A DNA stretch of 52,161 bases from an uncultured Pelagibacteraceae bacterium (GTDB lineage: Bacteria; Pseudomonadota; Alphaproteobacteria; Pelagibacterales; Pelagibacteraceae), in NCBI GenBank assembly GCA_902510495.1, contig CABXBX010000001.1:1-52161 (forward strand). Reading direction: 5' to 3'. The notes under the pieces were generated by a model that did not search any database, was not told the DNA's origin, and saw only the letters and a program-made list of their open reading frames with translations. Numbering within the stretch: the stretch's first letter is position 1; each line of letters starts with the position of its first letter. A program made the translations under genes and the position numbers. Of this stretch, positions 20,807 through 31,245 are shown piece after piece.

Positions 20807-21534
20807 TCTTTTTTAAGTTTATTTTCTAACTTTCTTACAAAGTAAGAAACTATCAATATTAAAACTAAATATTCTAATATTAAAAACGTATAAATTTCTA
20901 AAGGTCTATAAGTTGTAACTACCAGTTCATTAGCTTTTCTTGTTAAGTCTCCAATACCAATTATTGAGACCAATGAAGACATTTTCAAGACATAAACAAA
21001 CTGATTACCAATAGCTGGTAAAATATTTTTAATTGCTTGAGGCAAAATAACTAGTCTTAATTTTCTAAAGAAATTTAAACCTAAAGAGCTTCCAGCTTCC
21101 CATTGAGCTTTTTTAATTGAATTTATTCCAGCTCTAAATATTTCAGCTTGAAAAGCACTTTCACTTATTGATAGAGCAATAATACCAGAGACAAAGGGGC
21201 TAAAGCTTACACCAGTCATTATTGGTAAACCATAATAAATCCATAATATCAAAACCAGAAGAGGGACTGCTCTTACGATCTCAACATATCCAATATTCAA
21301 ATAAGTTAAAAATTTATTTTTAGCTAAAGATGGGACTGCAACAATAAAACCAACAATCATTGAAATAATTATTGAAACAACAGAAATATAAATAGTTGTA
21401 GTTATCCCACTTAATAAAAATTTAAGATTAGTAAGTCCTTCAATATTATTTGGAGATAAAATTAACCAATTAAGTTCACTTTTACCACATGAGGTTAAAG
21501 GTATTATCAAAAGTAAAAAAAATAGATTTCTCAC
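20803..21534 (-). CDS. Polar amino-acid ABC transporter permease (HisM/GlnP type) with N-terminal lipobox, GTG start
   Basis: YVEIVRAVPLLV, AEIFRAGI..I...QWEAG.SLG (EAA loop), LPQA, LKMSSL; N-terminus MRNLFFLLLIIPLTSC. Confidence 0.92.
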   Translation of the reverse strand: MRNLFFLLLIIPLTSCGKSELNWLILSPNNIEGLTNLKFLLSGITTTIYISVVSIIISMIVGFIVAVPSLAKNKFLTYLNIGYVEIVRAVPLLVLILWIYYGLPIMTGVSFSPFVSGIIALSISESAFQAEIFRAGINSIKKAQWEAGSSLGLNFFRKLRLVILPQAIKNILPAIGNQFVYVLKMSSLVSIIGIGDLTRKANELVVTTYRPLEIYTFLILEYLVLILIVSYFVRKLENKLKKD

Positions 21535-21574
21535 TTTTTGATTTATAAAGAATTAAAAATTAATTACTAATTTA

Positions 21575-22342
21575 TTATAAGCTTTTTAGATTATATTTAG
21601 CTAATAACTTAGTAAAGAAACCTGAAGATTTTTTCTTTTTAATCCAATCATTGACATAATTGTTCCATTTATCATCACCCTTCGGAACCATCATTGCTAA
21701 GAAAGCTGGATTTTTTTCCCCATCAGGCACGATGGCAAGTTGTGGGTATTTGATTACTAATTTATTTGCTTCTGTTGAACTTGTTATATTTCCATCAGCT
21801 CTTCCAGCTAAAACTTCTTGAAAATCTCTAGCAGGGGCTTCAACTGAGTTTAGATTTGATTTTGGAAAAAATTCTTTTGCTTTTTCTTCTTGTGACGTTC
21901 CTAGAGTAGTAGCTATAGTTACATTTGAATTATTTAACGAGTCCCATGTTGAAAATTTTTTTAAATTCTTTTTAAGAACCAAGGGAACAGTTCCATATTT
22001 ATAATAGGTATCAGTAAAACCAGCTACTTCAGCTCTTTTTGGTGTTTTTGTTACACTTGTTGAAATATCATATCTTTCAGATGTAATACCAGAAACTATT
22101 GTTTTCCATTCAGCAGGCACAAATTCAACTTTAACGCCCATATCTTTAGCTAATTCTTTCATTACGTCAATATCAAATCCTTTATATTTATTTGTCGCTG
22201 GATCTTTCATTGTCATAGGATCCCAATCACCGGTTGTTCCAACTTTTAAAATACCTGAGGATAAAATTTTATCCAAGTTCGACTCAGCGTTTAAAGAGAA
22301 GGGTAAAAGAGTAAATAATGCTATTAAAAATAATTTTTTCAT
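21575..22342 (-). CDS. Family-3 solute-binding protein, cyclohexadienyl dehydratase-like
   Basis: Signal peptide, [22 protein letters not shown]; resembles the PheC/CDT-type N-terminal motif; ligand unknown. Confidence 0.88.
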   Translation of the reverse strand: MKKLFLIALFTLLPFSLNAESNLDKILSSGILKVGTTGDWDPMTMKDPATNKYKGFDIDVMKELAKDMGVKVEFVPAEWKTIVSGITSERYDISTSVTKTPKRAEVAGFTDTYYKYGTVPLVLKKNLKKFSTWDSLNNSNVTIATTLGTSQEEKAKEFFPKSNLNSVEAPARDFQEVLAGRADGNITSSTEANKLVIKYPQLAIVPDGEKNPAFLAMMVPKGDDKWNNYVNDWIKKKKSSGFFTKLLAKYNLKSL

Positions 22343-22376
22343 TCTTCTTTTTAACTTATTTGAGATTTAATGAAGA

Positions 22377-22940
22377 CTATAATCTTGACGCACTATCATT
22401 CATCCATGAGAATAAATGTTGTGAAAATGAACGCCTGACAAAAAGATTAACCTCATTTTGATTTAAATTATGAATAATTACATCAATTTTTGCTAGAATC
22501 GTTTGGGCAACAGAACCTTTTTTATTTCTAAATTCATTAAAATTAAATGGAGATCCGGTCTCAAATAAATCAAAAATCTTATCTCCTTTTAAATTAATTA
22601 ATACAAATTGGTCTGTAACATCAGTTATTGCGCCTAAGTTTATTTTTGAAATATTATTATTTAATAAATTTTCTGTCTCGTAATCATTATTATCTGATTT
22701 TGAAATTTGATTTGAATAAATAATCCATTCATCTGGACTTAACCAGAGAGCTGTTATTTTTTCACTTGTTGAAGAGGTATTAGCTCCAGTAGGTAACAAT
22801 AAATTTAATGATTTTCCAACTGCAGATAAAAATTCTCTTTTTTTACCTCTTACAATTAATTTCATAATAGGTTTTATCTCAGTCATCTGCAAACCTGAGT
22901 AGGATTTTTTTTCGGTAATTGTATTTGTATAATTAAGCAT
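22377..22940 (-). CDS. soxG: Sarcosine oxidase-family subunit gamma
   Basis: WLSPDEW, TDVT, AQT, VRRSF; last gene of the soxBDAG cluster. Confidence 0.92.
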   Translation of the reverse strand: MLNYTNTITEKKSYSGLQMTEIKPIMKLIVRGKKREFLSAVGKSLNLLLPTGANTSSTSEKITALWLSPDEWIIYSNQISKSDNNDYETENLLNNNISKINLGAITDVTDQFVLINLKGDKIFDLFETGSPFNFNEFRNKKGSVAQTILAKIDVIIHNLNQNEVNLFVRRSFSQHLFSWMNDSASRL

Positions 22941-25938
22941 TCAATCTTTTATTCTCTTTATCTAAAAATATTGGATCTGCTACAGTTACATTTATTTTTT
23001 TATTTTCCATAGGGATAATTAATTTTTGACCCATCATATTTTTTCCACCTCTTACAACACCAAGAGCAATAGATTTTTTTAAATTAGGACTATAATAACT
23101 TGAAGTAACATGACCCAACATTTCAATAGGTGTTTGATTTATATCAGCTATTATTTGTGCACCTTCTTCTAAAACTTCGTCTGGATTTTCTGTGAGAAGA
23201 CCTACTAATTGTTTTCTATCTTCCTTAATAGTGTCAGACCTATATAAAGATCTTTTTCCAATAAAATCATACTTCTTTTTACTGACAATCCACTCCATTT
23301 GTAAATCAATAGGTGTCATAGTTGCATCAGTATCTTGACCAACAATAATAAAACCTTTTTCAGCTCTCAATAAATGCATAGTTTCTGTACCATATGGAGT
23401 AATGTTAAATTCTTTACCTGCTTCTATACATTTTTCCCACACTGATTTACCAAAATTAGCTTGAACATTTATTTCGTAGCTATGTTCACCAGTAAAACTT
23501 ATCCTCATTATCCTGCATTTAATTTTACCAATTTTTGTATTTTTGAAAGACATGTGAGGAAAATTTTCATCTGAGAAATCAAGATCAGGTATTATTTGAG
23601 AAACAATTTTTTTACTATTTGGACCACAAACACTTACTGTTGCATAGTGATCAGTTACGGAAGTTAAATATACATCCAATTCAGGCCATTCAGTTTGCAA
23701 ATAATCCTCTAATTTACCTAAAACATTTGCAGCTCCTCCTGTTGTAGTGGTCATTATATAATGATTTTCATCTAGACGTGTTGTAACTCCGTCATCATAA
23801 ACCATTCCATCTTCATTTAACATCAAGCCATATCTACATTTTCCAATAGCAAGCTTAGACCAAGCGTTAGTATAAACTCTATTAAGGAATTCTGATGCAT
23901 CAGTTCCTTGAATATCTATTTTACCTAATGTTGATGCATCTAAAATTCCAGCACTATCTCTTGCGGCTTTACTCTCTCTTTGAACAGCTTCATGCATACT
24001 TTCACCATCTTTAGGATAATACCAAGCCCGTTTCCATTGACCTACATTTTCAAATTCAGCTTTATTTTGAACATGCCATTCATGGATTGGAGTTTTTCTA
24101 AATACGTCGAAATATTCACCAACATTTCTTCCTACAATTGTACCAAAAGTAAGAGGAGTGTAGGGTGGTCTAAATGTTGTTGTGCCAAGTTCACCCATTT
24201 TAGAATTTGCTGTTTCAGAAATAATTCCTAGCGCGTGCATGTTACCAAGTTTACCCTGGTCAGTTCCCATCCCTGTAGTGGTATATCTTTTAACATGTTC
24301 TATTGATCTAAAACCTTCTCTTAAAGCTAATTTGATATCTTTAGCTGTAGCATCATTTTGATAATCAACAAAAGATTTTGTTTTTCCAAAAATTTTATCA
24401 GATGGAAGGAGCCATATATTTCTTTTTGATTTATTAAATGAAGAATGAACTTCAAGATTTTCATAATCAGTTTTTTTTACATTTAAAAATTCTTTTAGAA
24501 CTTTTGGAATATTTAATAATATTTCATCTAAAGTAAAATCACCGTTACAAGAACCAATACTTATTTGATCTGATGGATAAATATTTGGAATAAAAACTTG
24601 ATCTTCATCCCTAAATTTTAACTTGCCACCTGATTGTGTAAAAAGATGTACTGCAGGAGTCCATCCACCAGAAACTCCTAGACAATCACATGTAATAGTT
24701 TTTTTAGATCCAACAACTTTTTGACCATCTTTAGATAGTTGCATTATTGAGATCTTATTTATTCTTTTATATCCAGAAGTATTTACTACTGTATATCCTT
24801 TGTAGATTTTAATATTATTTTTTTCAGCTTCTTTAATTAATTTTGAATCAATTTCTTCTCTATTATCAATTATTGTTTCAACATTTATTCCTTTTTTAAA
24901 TAAACTAATTGCTGTTTCGTAAGCACTATCATTATTAGTAAATAGAATATTTTTTTCACCACAAGCAACTCCAAATAGATTTGCGTACTTCTCAATAGCT
25001 GAAGAGAGTAAAATACCTGGACGATCGTTATTATCAAATATTAAAGGTCTTTCTAATGCCCCAGTTGCTGATATTACTTTTTTCGCTCTAATTTTAAGTA
25101 GTCTTTGTCGTGTATTATCATTTCTTTGTTCTAAAGGTAAATGATCTGTCAAATTTTCTCTTGCTAATAAATAATTATATCCATGGAAAGCTGCAACACT
25201 TGTTCTAGTTTTAATTTCTAAATTTTTAATTCTTTTAATTTCATTTATTTCTTTTTCGATCCAAGAACTTGAAGTTTGATTGTTGATTTTGAAGTGTTCT
25301 GAGTTTTGATAAATAGTAGAACCACCTAAATAAGGTTTTTCATCAACTAGAAGTGTTTTTAAACCATTTTTTGCTGCAGTTTTAGCAGCAATAATTCCTG
25401 AAATACCCGCACCAATTACCAAAACATCACAATGTATATATTTGTGCTCATAAATATCCGGATCAGGTTCTGTTGGTGATTTACCTAGTCCAGCAGATTT
25501 TCTGATAAAATATTCGTATTTCTCCCAAAAACTTGCAGGCCACATAAAAGTTTTATAGTAAAATCCAGCTGGCAAAAATGGACTTAAAAAATTATTGATC
25601 CCACCAATATCGAAATTTACACTAGGCCAACAATTTTGACTTGAAGCTTCAAGACCTTCATAAATTTCTATTTCAGTAGCTCTCACATTTGGCTCCGTCC
25701 TAGATGAATTTTTATGTAGTTGAACAATTGCATTAGGCTCCTCAGATCCTGCTGTCATTATTCCTCGTGGTCTATGATATTTAAAACTTCTACCAACCAA
25801 ATGAATGTTATTAGCTAGTAGGGCGGAGGCTAAAGTATCTCCTTTAAAACCATAAAAAGTCTTACCATTAAATCTAAATGAAACTCTATATGTTTCATCA
25901 ATGAATCTACCTGATTTTACTCTTAAATTTTTTGTCAT
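22933..25938 (-). CDS. soxA: Sarcosine oxidase-family subunit alpha
   Basis: GDTLASALLAN, RSFKYHRPRG, AGFYYKTFMWP, nucleotide-binding GAGISG, KRYTTTGMGTDQGK, C-terminal GcvT-like folate domain. Confidence 0.96.
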   Translation of the reverse strand: MTKNLRVKSGRFIDETYRVSFRFNGKTFYGFKGDTLASALLANNIHLVGRSFKYHRPRGIMTAGSEEPNAIVQLHKNSSRTEPNVRATEIEIYEGLEASSQNCWPSVNFDIGGINNFLSPFLPAGFYYKTFMWPASFWEKYEYFIRKSAGLGKSPTEPDPDIYEHKYIHCDVLVIGAGISGIIAAKTAAKNGLKTLLVDEKPYLGGSTIYQNSEHFKINNQTSSSWIEKEINEIKRIKNLEIKTRTSVAAFHGYNYLLARENLTDHLPLEQRNDNTRQRLLKIRAKKVISATGALERPLIFDNNDRPGILLSSAIEKYANLFGVACGEKNILFTNNDSAYETAISLFKKGINVETIIDNREEIDSKLIKEAEKNNIKIYKGYTVVNTSGYKRINKISIMQLSKDGQKVVGSKKTITCDCLGVSGGWTPAVHLFTQSGGKLKFRDEDQVFIPNIYPSDQISIGSCNGDFTLDEILLNIPKVLKEFLNVKKTDYENLEVHSSFNKSKRNIWLLPSDKIFGKTKSFVDYQNDATAKDIKLALREGFRSIEHVKRYTTTGMGTDQGKLGNMHALGIISETANSKMGELGTTTFRPPYTPLTFGTIVGRNVGEYFDVFRKTPIHEWHVQNKAEFENVGQWKRAWYYPKDGESMHEAVQRESKAARDSAGILDASTLGKIDIQGTDASEFLNRVYTNAWSKLAIGKCRYGLMLNEDGMVYDDGVTTRLDENHYIMTTTTGGAANVLGKLEDYLQTEWPELDVYLTSVTDHYATVSVCGPNSKKIVSQIIPDLDFSDENFPHMSFKNTKIGKIKCRIMRISFTGEHSYEINVQANFGKSVWEKCIEAGKEFNITPYGTETMHLLRAEKGFIIVGQDTDATMTPIDLQMEWIVSKKKYDFIGKRSLYRSDTIKEDRKQLVGLLTENPDEVLEEGAQIIADINQTPIEMLGHVTSSYYSPNLKKSIALGVVRGGKNMMGQKLIIPMENKKINVTVADPIFLDKENKRLNA

Positions 25939-25941
25939 TAA

Positions 25942-26217
25942 TTATTTAGTTGGAGGCTTTTCACCCATTTTATAAATTGCCTTTATTTTATCATTCGATG
26001 TATCTCGAACCATATTAAACCATTTTCTGCATCCATGTGTGTGTACCCATCTTTCGAATTGAATTCCTTTAATATTTTTTCTCATGAATAAATACTCAGC
26101 CCATTCATCATCACTTAATTCAGTAGGTTGTTTCGGGCGAACTAAGTGAGCTTCGCCACCGGCTTTGAATTCACTCTGTTCTCTTTCACCACAATATGGA
26201 CAATTAATTACAAACAT
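25942..26217 (-). CDS. soxD: Sarcosine oxidase-family subunit delta
   Basis: CPYCG.R...EF..GGEAH..RP, ERW.H.HGC.KWF. Confidence 0.96.
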   Translation of the reverse strand: MFVINCPYCGEREQSEFKAGGEAHLVRPKQPTELSDDEWAEYLFMRKNIKGIQFERWVHTHGCRKWFNMVRDTSNDKIKAIYKMGEKPPTK

Positions 26218-27470
26218 TAATGAGCTACTGCTGCTGCGCCATGTTCATCTACAAGATCTCCACTTACAAATCTATTTATGTTAAATGCAGCGTTTAATTT
26301 GTGTGGTTCATCATTAGCTATTGTGTGTGCGAATAAATCACCAGAGCCAGGTGTTGCTTTAAATCCACCAGTTCCCCATCCACAATTAAAATATAATCCT
26401 TTAATTAATGTTTTACTAATTATGGGACTTGCATCTGGACAAATATCAACAATACCTCCCCATTGTCTTAACATTCTCATTCTACTAAAAATTGGATATA
26501 ATTCTAAAATTGCATTTAAAGTTCCTTCAACAATATCATGACTTCCTTTTTGTGAATAAGAAATATAATCATCTGTACCAGCACCTATAACTAATTCACC
26601 TTTATCAGACTGGCTTACATAAGCATGAACTGCATTTGACATAACTACGGTATCAATAATTGGTTTGACTGGTTCTGAAACTAAAGCTTGAAGTGGTTTG
26701 CTTTCAAGCGGAAGTTTTAATCCAGCCATGTTTGCGATCACACTCGAATGACCAGCTGCAACAACACCTATCTTTTTTGTTTTAATAAAACCTTTTGTTG
26801 TTTCAATTCCTTCAACAGCGTCACCATTTCTTTTTATACCTTTAACTTCACAATTTTGAACAATATCAACACCCATCTCATCGGCGCCTCTTGCATAACC
26901 CCAAGCAACCGCGTCATGTCTTGCTGTTCCAGCTCGTTTTTGTAAAGTTCCACCTAAAACTGGATAACGAATATCTTGAGATGTGTTGATTATTGGACAA
27001 AATTTTTTAACTTCATCTGTATTTAAATATACAGCATCAATACCATTCAATCTATTTGCATGTGTTCTTCTTTTTAAATCTCTAACATCTTGTAAATTAT
27101 GAGCTAGATTCATTACTCCTCTTTGACTAAACATTATATTATAATTTAACTCTTGAGATAAACCTTCCCAGATTTTTAACGCATGATCATAAAGTCCAGC
27201 GCTAGCATCCCACAAATAATTAGATCTTATAATTGTAGTATTTCTTCCTGTATTACCTCCACCAATCCATCCTTTTTCTATAACTGCAATATTTTTCATA
27301 TTATGTTTTTTAGCTAAATAATAAGCTGTAGCTAATCCATGACCTCCACCACCAACGATTATTGCATCATATTCTTTTTTTGGCTCAGGGTCTTTCCAAG
27401 CTTTTTCCCAATTTTCATGATATGAAAAAGCGTTTTTAACCAGTGAAAATAAAGAGTACTTATTTTTCAT
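26217..27470 (-). CDS. soxB: Sarcosine oxidase-family subunit beta
   Basis: [55 protein letters not shown]-terminal GAAAVAH. Confidence 0.97.
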   Translation of the reverse strand: MKNKYSLFSLVKNAFSYHENWEKAWKDPEPKKEYDAIIVGGGGHGLATAYYLAKKHNMKNIAVIEKGWIGGGNTGRNTTIIRSNYLWDASAGLYDHALKIWEGLSQELNYNIMFSQRGVMNLAHNLQDVRDLKRRTHANRLNGIDAVYLNTDEVKKFCPIINTSQDIRYPVLGGTLQKRAGTARHDAVAWGYARGADEMGVDIVQNCEVKGIKRNGDAVEGIETTKGFIKTKKIGVVAAGHSSVIANMAGLKLPLESKPLQALVSEPVKPIIDTVVMSNAVHAYVSQSDKGELVIGAGTDDYISYSQKGSHDIVEGTLNAILELYPIFSRMRMLRQWGGIVDICPDASPIISKTLIKGLYFNCGWGTGGFKATPGSGDLFAHTIANDEPHKLNAAFNINRFVSGDLVDEHGAAAVAH

Positions 27471-27495
27471 TATAAGAGAATAATTACTTTATAAA

Positions 27496-27511
27496 TATTG
27501 ATTATTCAATA
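27496..27511. promoter_or_regulatory. Inverted repeat TATTGA-N4-TCAATA in the soxB / tRNA-Ser divergent spacer
   Basis: tattga ttat tcaata; possible regulator site, but AT-rich. Confidence 0.35.
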
Positions 27512-27534
27512 CAATCAGAAGTGACAAATTTCCT

Positions 27535-27626
27535 GGAAGAGTGGGTGAGAGGCTTAAACCAGTCGTTTGCTAAATGACCGTGCGAGGAAACTTGTACCGA
27601 GGGTTCGAATCCCTCCTCTTCCGCCA
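27535..27626 (+). tRNA. tRNA-Ser (anticodon GCT)
   Basis: Acceptor stem GGAAGAG/CTCTTCC, discriminator G, encoded CCA, anticodon arm GTCGT-TTGCTAA-ATGAC, long variable arm, T-loop GGTTCGAATCC. Confidence 0.97.
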
Positions 27627-27628
27627 TT

Positions 27629-29851
27629 TTAAAATAATGGGTTATTTTTGAAAAAATCTTTCATTGGAATTGGTTTTTGTTCCAATATGTATCTATAAAC
27701 ATTATAATTTTCTAGAACCCTTTGAACGTAATTTCTTGTCTCTTTGAACTTTATTAACTCAATCCAATCAACATAATCAATTTGATTTTTTTGAGGATTT
27801 TTGTTTAATTTTTTCCAATATCTAACTCTTTTAGGTCCAGCATTATAAGCTGCAATTGCAAAAGGGTATGCTCCGTCGTACTCAAGTATTAATCCGGCTA
27901 TATAATGTGATCCTAAATTTATGTTATATTCTGGATCAGTGGTTAATCTAGATTTTGAGTAAGGAAGCTTCGCTTGTTTTGCAACAAGTTTAGCTGTGTA
28001 TGGCATTAACTGCATCAATCCTTTTGCCCCAGCATGACTATTGGCACTTAAGTCAAATTCACTCTCTTGTCTAATGATTGATAATATGAATGCACTATCT
28101 GGGATTTTTCTTCCATTAATATACTTGGGTGTACTAATGATTGGATAATTATATTTATTGTGAAATCTTTTTTCATAGGAAGCAATTTTTGAAATTTGAA
28201 TTGCAAAATCAAATCGCTCTATATTTGTTGCAAGTTCTGCTGCCAAGACTTCACTTCCATTTTCAATATTATCATTTGCTAAAAACCTAAGCATATGTTT
28301 AGTATATTTATCTTCGTCAAGCTCATCTAACAAATAAATTACTTTTACAATTTCTTTTTTAAAAAAATAATCTCTATATTCTTTTTTTATTTTAAGATCT
28401 TTTGAAAGTTCAAATAAATCATTTGGATTTAATTCCATAAATGCCAATTGACCATAATATGTTGTTAAATATTTTGAAGCTTCGTTAAACCATTTTGTTG
28501 ATAATTCAGTATTATTCAATTTTTTATAAGTTTTTCCAAGCCAATATGCTCCCCTTGCAGTACTAATTGGATAGCCAACATTATTATAAAATTTTTCAAA
28601 ATGATTTTTTGCTAACAAAGGATCATCTAAAAAACTTAATGCAATCCATCCACTCATCCACTCTGCAGCTGCAAACTCTGGCCCTTCTTCCATACCATGA
28701 TTGCTAGCAATTTTATAAGCCAACTCATATTTTTTTTTATATATTAATGATCTTGAGATTATTTCTCTTTCAATCCACCATTTATCAGGTCTCACTAAAT
28801 AATCTTTTGTATTTTTAATTTTAACTAGTATTTCTACAGAACTATCAACTCTTCCTCTTTTTCTTCTCCATTTTAATCTGTCGTAGTTTAAGCCAGAGTC
28901 ATTTTTAAATTTAGCGGGTACTTTGGAGATAGCATTATCAACACCGTATGATTTACTCATTAGAAGTTGTCTTGCATTATAAAGAAGCTCATAATCTTTT
29001 GGGAGATATCTTAATAATCTTTTTAAATCCCAATATTTATTATTCCATGCGAGGTAGTCAGCTCTCTTGATATAATCTTCTGCATTAAGATATTTTTTGT
29101 ATTTTTTTCTATAAAATTTAAGTTCAGATTTCGTAAGTTCAGCATTAATCCATCCATCTTTAATTAATTTAATTCCCTTTTCATTATTTCCAGTTAAAAT
29201 AAAACTTTCACCTAATATCATTTTACCAAAACCACTTAATGGCTCAGAAGAAGAAAAAAATTCAATTATTTTTTTTGGCGAAATTTTGTCTGTTGATAAC
29301 TTGTGCTCAGATAAATATTTAATTCTACCCATTCTTGGATAATCTCCATTATTATCAATAAAAAGTTTATAATCATAAAATGATGCTTGATTTCCTTTTT
29401 TTAAAAGATGCCTCCATTGAATAAAATTATATAATGACTTATCTTTTGCTTTTTTTGCTGTCTTTAAAGCACTAGTCCAATTTAATTTTTTCATTTCAGA
29501 AATAGCTTTTTTCGCTAAATTAAAATCTTTTTTACTGTAATATTTTGATATCTTAACTGTTTTAGGTTTTTCTGAGCCAGCTATAAGAGGTTTTTTTTTT
29601 GGTAAAATAAGACCAGTTTTTTTTTCTTTATTTACAACAACTTTTTCTTCAATCTTTTTTTTCTCAATCTTTTTTTCTTCAACTTTTTTTATCGGCTTAG
29701 GTAAAGGTCTTAAAACATCTATTAATAATTTCTTTTGAGCTTCTTCTTTAGTTTGAAAAGGTTTTTTAATAGGAATTATATCTGAAAATGCAAAATTTTG
29801 AGTACTTACGAAATGTATCAGAATTAATAAAAATAATAATTTTTTAGACAT
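27629..29851 (-). CDS. Soluble lytic murein transglycosylase (Slt70-like)
   Basis: Signal peptide, helical superstructure, C-terminal SLT domain IIRQESEF, GAKGLMQLMP, AAYNAGP, ETRNYVQRV. Confidence 0.95.
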   Translation of the reverse strand: MSKKLLFLLILIHFVSTQNFAFSDIIPIKKPFQTKEEAQKKLLIDVLRPLPKPIKKVEEKKIEKKKIEEKVVVNKEKKTGLILPKKKPLIAGSEKPKTVKISKYYSKKDFNLAKKAISEMKKLNWTSALKTAKKAKDKSLYNFIQWRHLLKKGNQASFYDYKLFIDNNGDYPRMGRIKYLSEHKLSTDKISPKKIIEFFSSSEPLSGFGKMILGESFILTGNNEKGIKLIKDGWINAELTKSELKFYRKKYKKYLNAEDYIKRADYLAWNNKYWDLKRLLRYLPKDYELLYNARQLLMSKSYGVDNAISKVPAKFKNDSGLNYDRLKWRRKRGRVDSSVEILVKIKNTKDYLVRPDKWWIEREIISRSLIYKKKYELAYKIASNHGMEEGPEFAAAEWMSGWIALSFLDDPLLAKNHFEKFYNNVGYPISTARGAYWLGKTYKKLNNTELSTKWFNEASKYLTTYYGQLAFMELNPNDLFELSKDLKIKKEYRDYFFKKEIVKVIYLLDELDEDKYTKHMLRFLANDNIENGSEVLAAELATNIERFDFAIQISKIASYEKRFHNKYNYPIISTPKYINGRKIPDSAFILSIIRQESEFDLSANSHAGAKGLMQLMPYTAKLVAKQAKLPYSKSRLTTDPEYNINLGSHYIAGLILEYDGAYPFAIAAYNAGPKRVRYWKKLNKNPQKNQIDYVDWIELIKFKETRNYVQRVLENYNVYRYILEQKPIPMKDFFKNNPLF
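29643..29690 (-). repeat. Imperfect 15-bp tandem repeat encoding KKVEE-KKIEK-KKIEE in the Slt N-terminus
   Basis: Plus-strand units resembling ttttcttcaatcttt repeated three times; boundaries approximate. Confidence 0.55.
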
Positions 29852-29893
29852 AATCTTTGCTATATGAATCGTTAATCTATGTTATAAGTATTT

Positions 29894-30775
29894 ATGTTTA
29901 AAGGTTCAAATGTTGCTTTAGTCACTCCGTTTAAAAATAATAAACTTGATGACGATACTTATATTAAGTTAATTCATTTTCATATAAAAAATGGCACAAA
30001 TGGATTAGTTCCAGCAGGTACTACTGGTGAATCTCCCACCTTAAGCCATCATGAGCATGAAAGAGTCATAGAATTATGTGTAAAAGAAAGTAATGGAAAA
30101 CTACCTGTATTTGCTGGAACAGGTTCAAATTCAACAGAGGAAGCTATTTCTTTAACAACACACGCAGAAAAAATTGGTTCAGATGGAGCGTTGATAGTCA
30201 CACCTTATTATAATAAGCCTACACAAGAGGGTTTGTATCAACATTACAAAGCTATTAATGACAAATGTGGAATTCCCATCATAATCTATAATATACCAGG
30301 TAGATCTGTAATTGATATGTCAGTCGATACAATGGCAAGACTTTATGAATTAAAAAACATAATTGGTGTTAAAGATGCTACAGGAGATTTAAATAGAGTA
30401 AATCTAACTTTAAATAAACTTGGTGAAGATTTTATTCAACTAACCGGAAACGACGATAATGCTTTAGAGTTTAATAAAAGAGGAGGAGCAGGTGCAATTA
30501 GTGTAACAGCTAATATTGCTCCAAAACTATGTTCTGATTTTCAAAAATTTTCAAAATCAAAAAATAGTAATGAAGTAAACGAAGCAGAAAAAATAAATGA
30601 AACTTTACAACCTGTTCATCATGCTATGTTTGTTGAAAGCAATCCTAGTCCAGTCAAATATGCTGCAAAGTTATTAAATCTTTGTGATGACGTTGTGAGA
30701 TTACCTCTTGTTAAAGTGACAGAACCTACTAAAGAAATTCTAAAAAAAGCTCTTCATTCTGCAAAATTAATTTGA
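29894..30775 (+). CDS. dapA: 4-hydroxy-tetrahydrodipicolinate synthase
   Basis: [47 protein letters not shown]. Confidence 0.98.
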   Translation: MFKGSNVALVTPFKNNKLDDDTYIKLIHFHIKNGTNGLVPAGTTGESPTLSHHEHERVIELCVKESNGKLPVFAGTGSNSTEEAISLTTHAEKIGSDGALIVTPYYNKPTQEGLYQHYKAINDKCGIPIIIYNIPGRSVIDMSVDTMARLYELKNIIGVKDATGDLNRVNLTLNKLGEDFIQLTGNDDNALEFNKRGGAGAISVTANIAPKLCSDFQKFSKSKNSNEVNEAEKINETLQPVHHAMFVESNPSPVKYAAKLLNLCDDVVRLPLVKVTEPTKEILKKALHSAKLI

Positions 30776-31245
30776 TGAAAAAAAAAACCAATAATGGTTT
30801 AAAGATAATTTGTTTAAATAGAAAAGCAAGTTTCAATTATTTTTTTGAAGATCTAATAGAAGCTGGAATCGTTTTGAAAGGTTCAGAGATTAAATCTATT
30901 AGAGATGGTAAAGTAAATATAGCAGACTCTTATGCTGTTGAAAAAAAAGGTGAATTAGTTTTGATTAATTCACATATATCATCTTATAAACAAGCGAGTT
31001 ATTCAAATCATAACCCTATGGATGAAAGAAAGTTATTATTAAACAAACGAGAGATAAATAAGCTAATAGGAAAAATGCAAAGAGATGGATTTACAATAGT
31101 TCCAACCAAAATGTATTTTAAAAAAGGTAAGGCAAAGATTGAACTTGCGGTTGCCAAAGGTAAAAAACAATTCGACAAAAGAGCAACAAAAAAACAAAGA
31201 GACTGGAATCGAGACAAGGCTAGATATGTTAGAAAATCAAGTTAA
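30775..31245 (+). CDS. smpB: SsrA-binding protein SmpB (ATG at 30775, TGATG overlap)
   Basis: [37 protein letters not shown]. Confidence 0.98.
   Translation: MKKKTNNGLKIICLNRKASFNYFFEDLIEAGIVLKGSEIKSIRDGKVNIADSYAVEKKGELVLINSHISSYKQASYSNHNPMDERKLLLNKREINKLIGKMQRDGFTIVPTKMYFKKGKAKIELAVAKGKKQFDKRATKKQRDWNRDKARYVRKSS

Noticed and set aside
27535-27640. tRNA-Ser as a possible integration site for an island or prophage
   Set aside because: No integrase, no duplicated tRNA 3' end seen, and core genes sit immediately on both sides.
31139-31225. Longer ORF-track starts for folK (31139), panC (5532), pyrB (13579), cbp3 (48182) and smpB (30772)
   Set aside because: The extensions overlap neighbouring genes or promoter elements and lack family-like sequence; downstream ATGs fit better.
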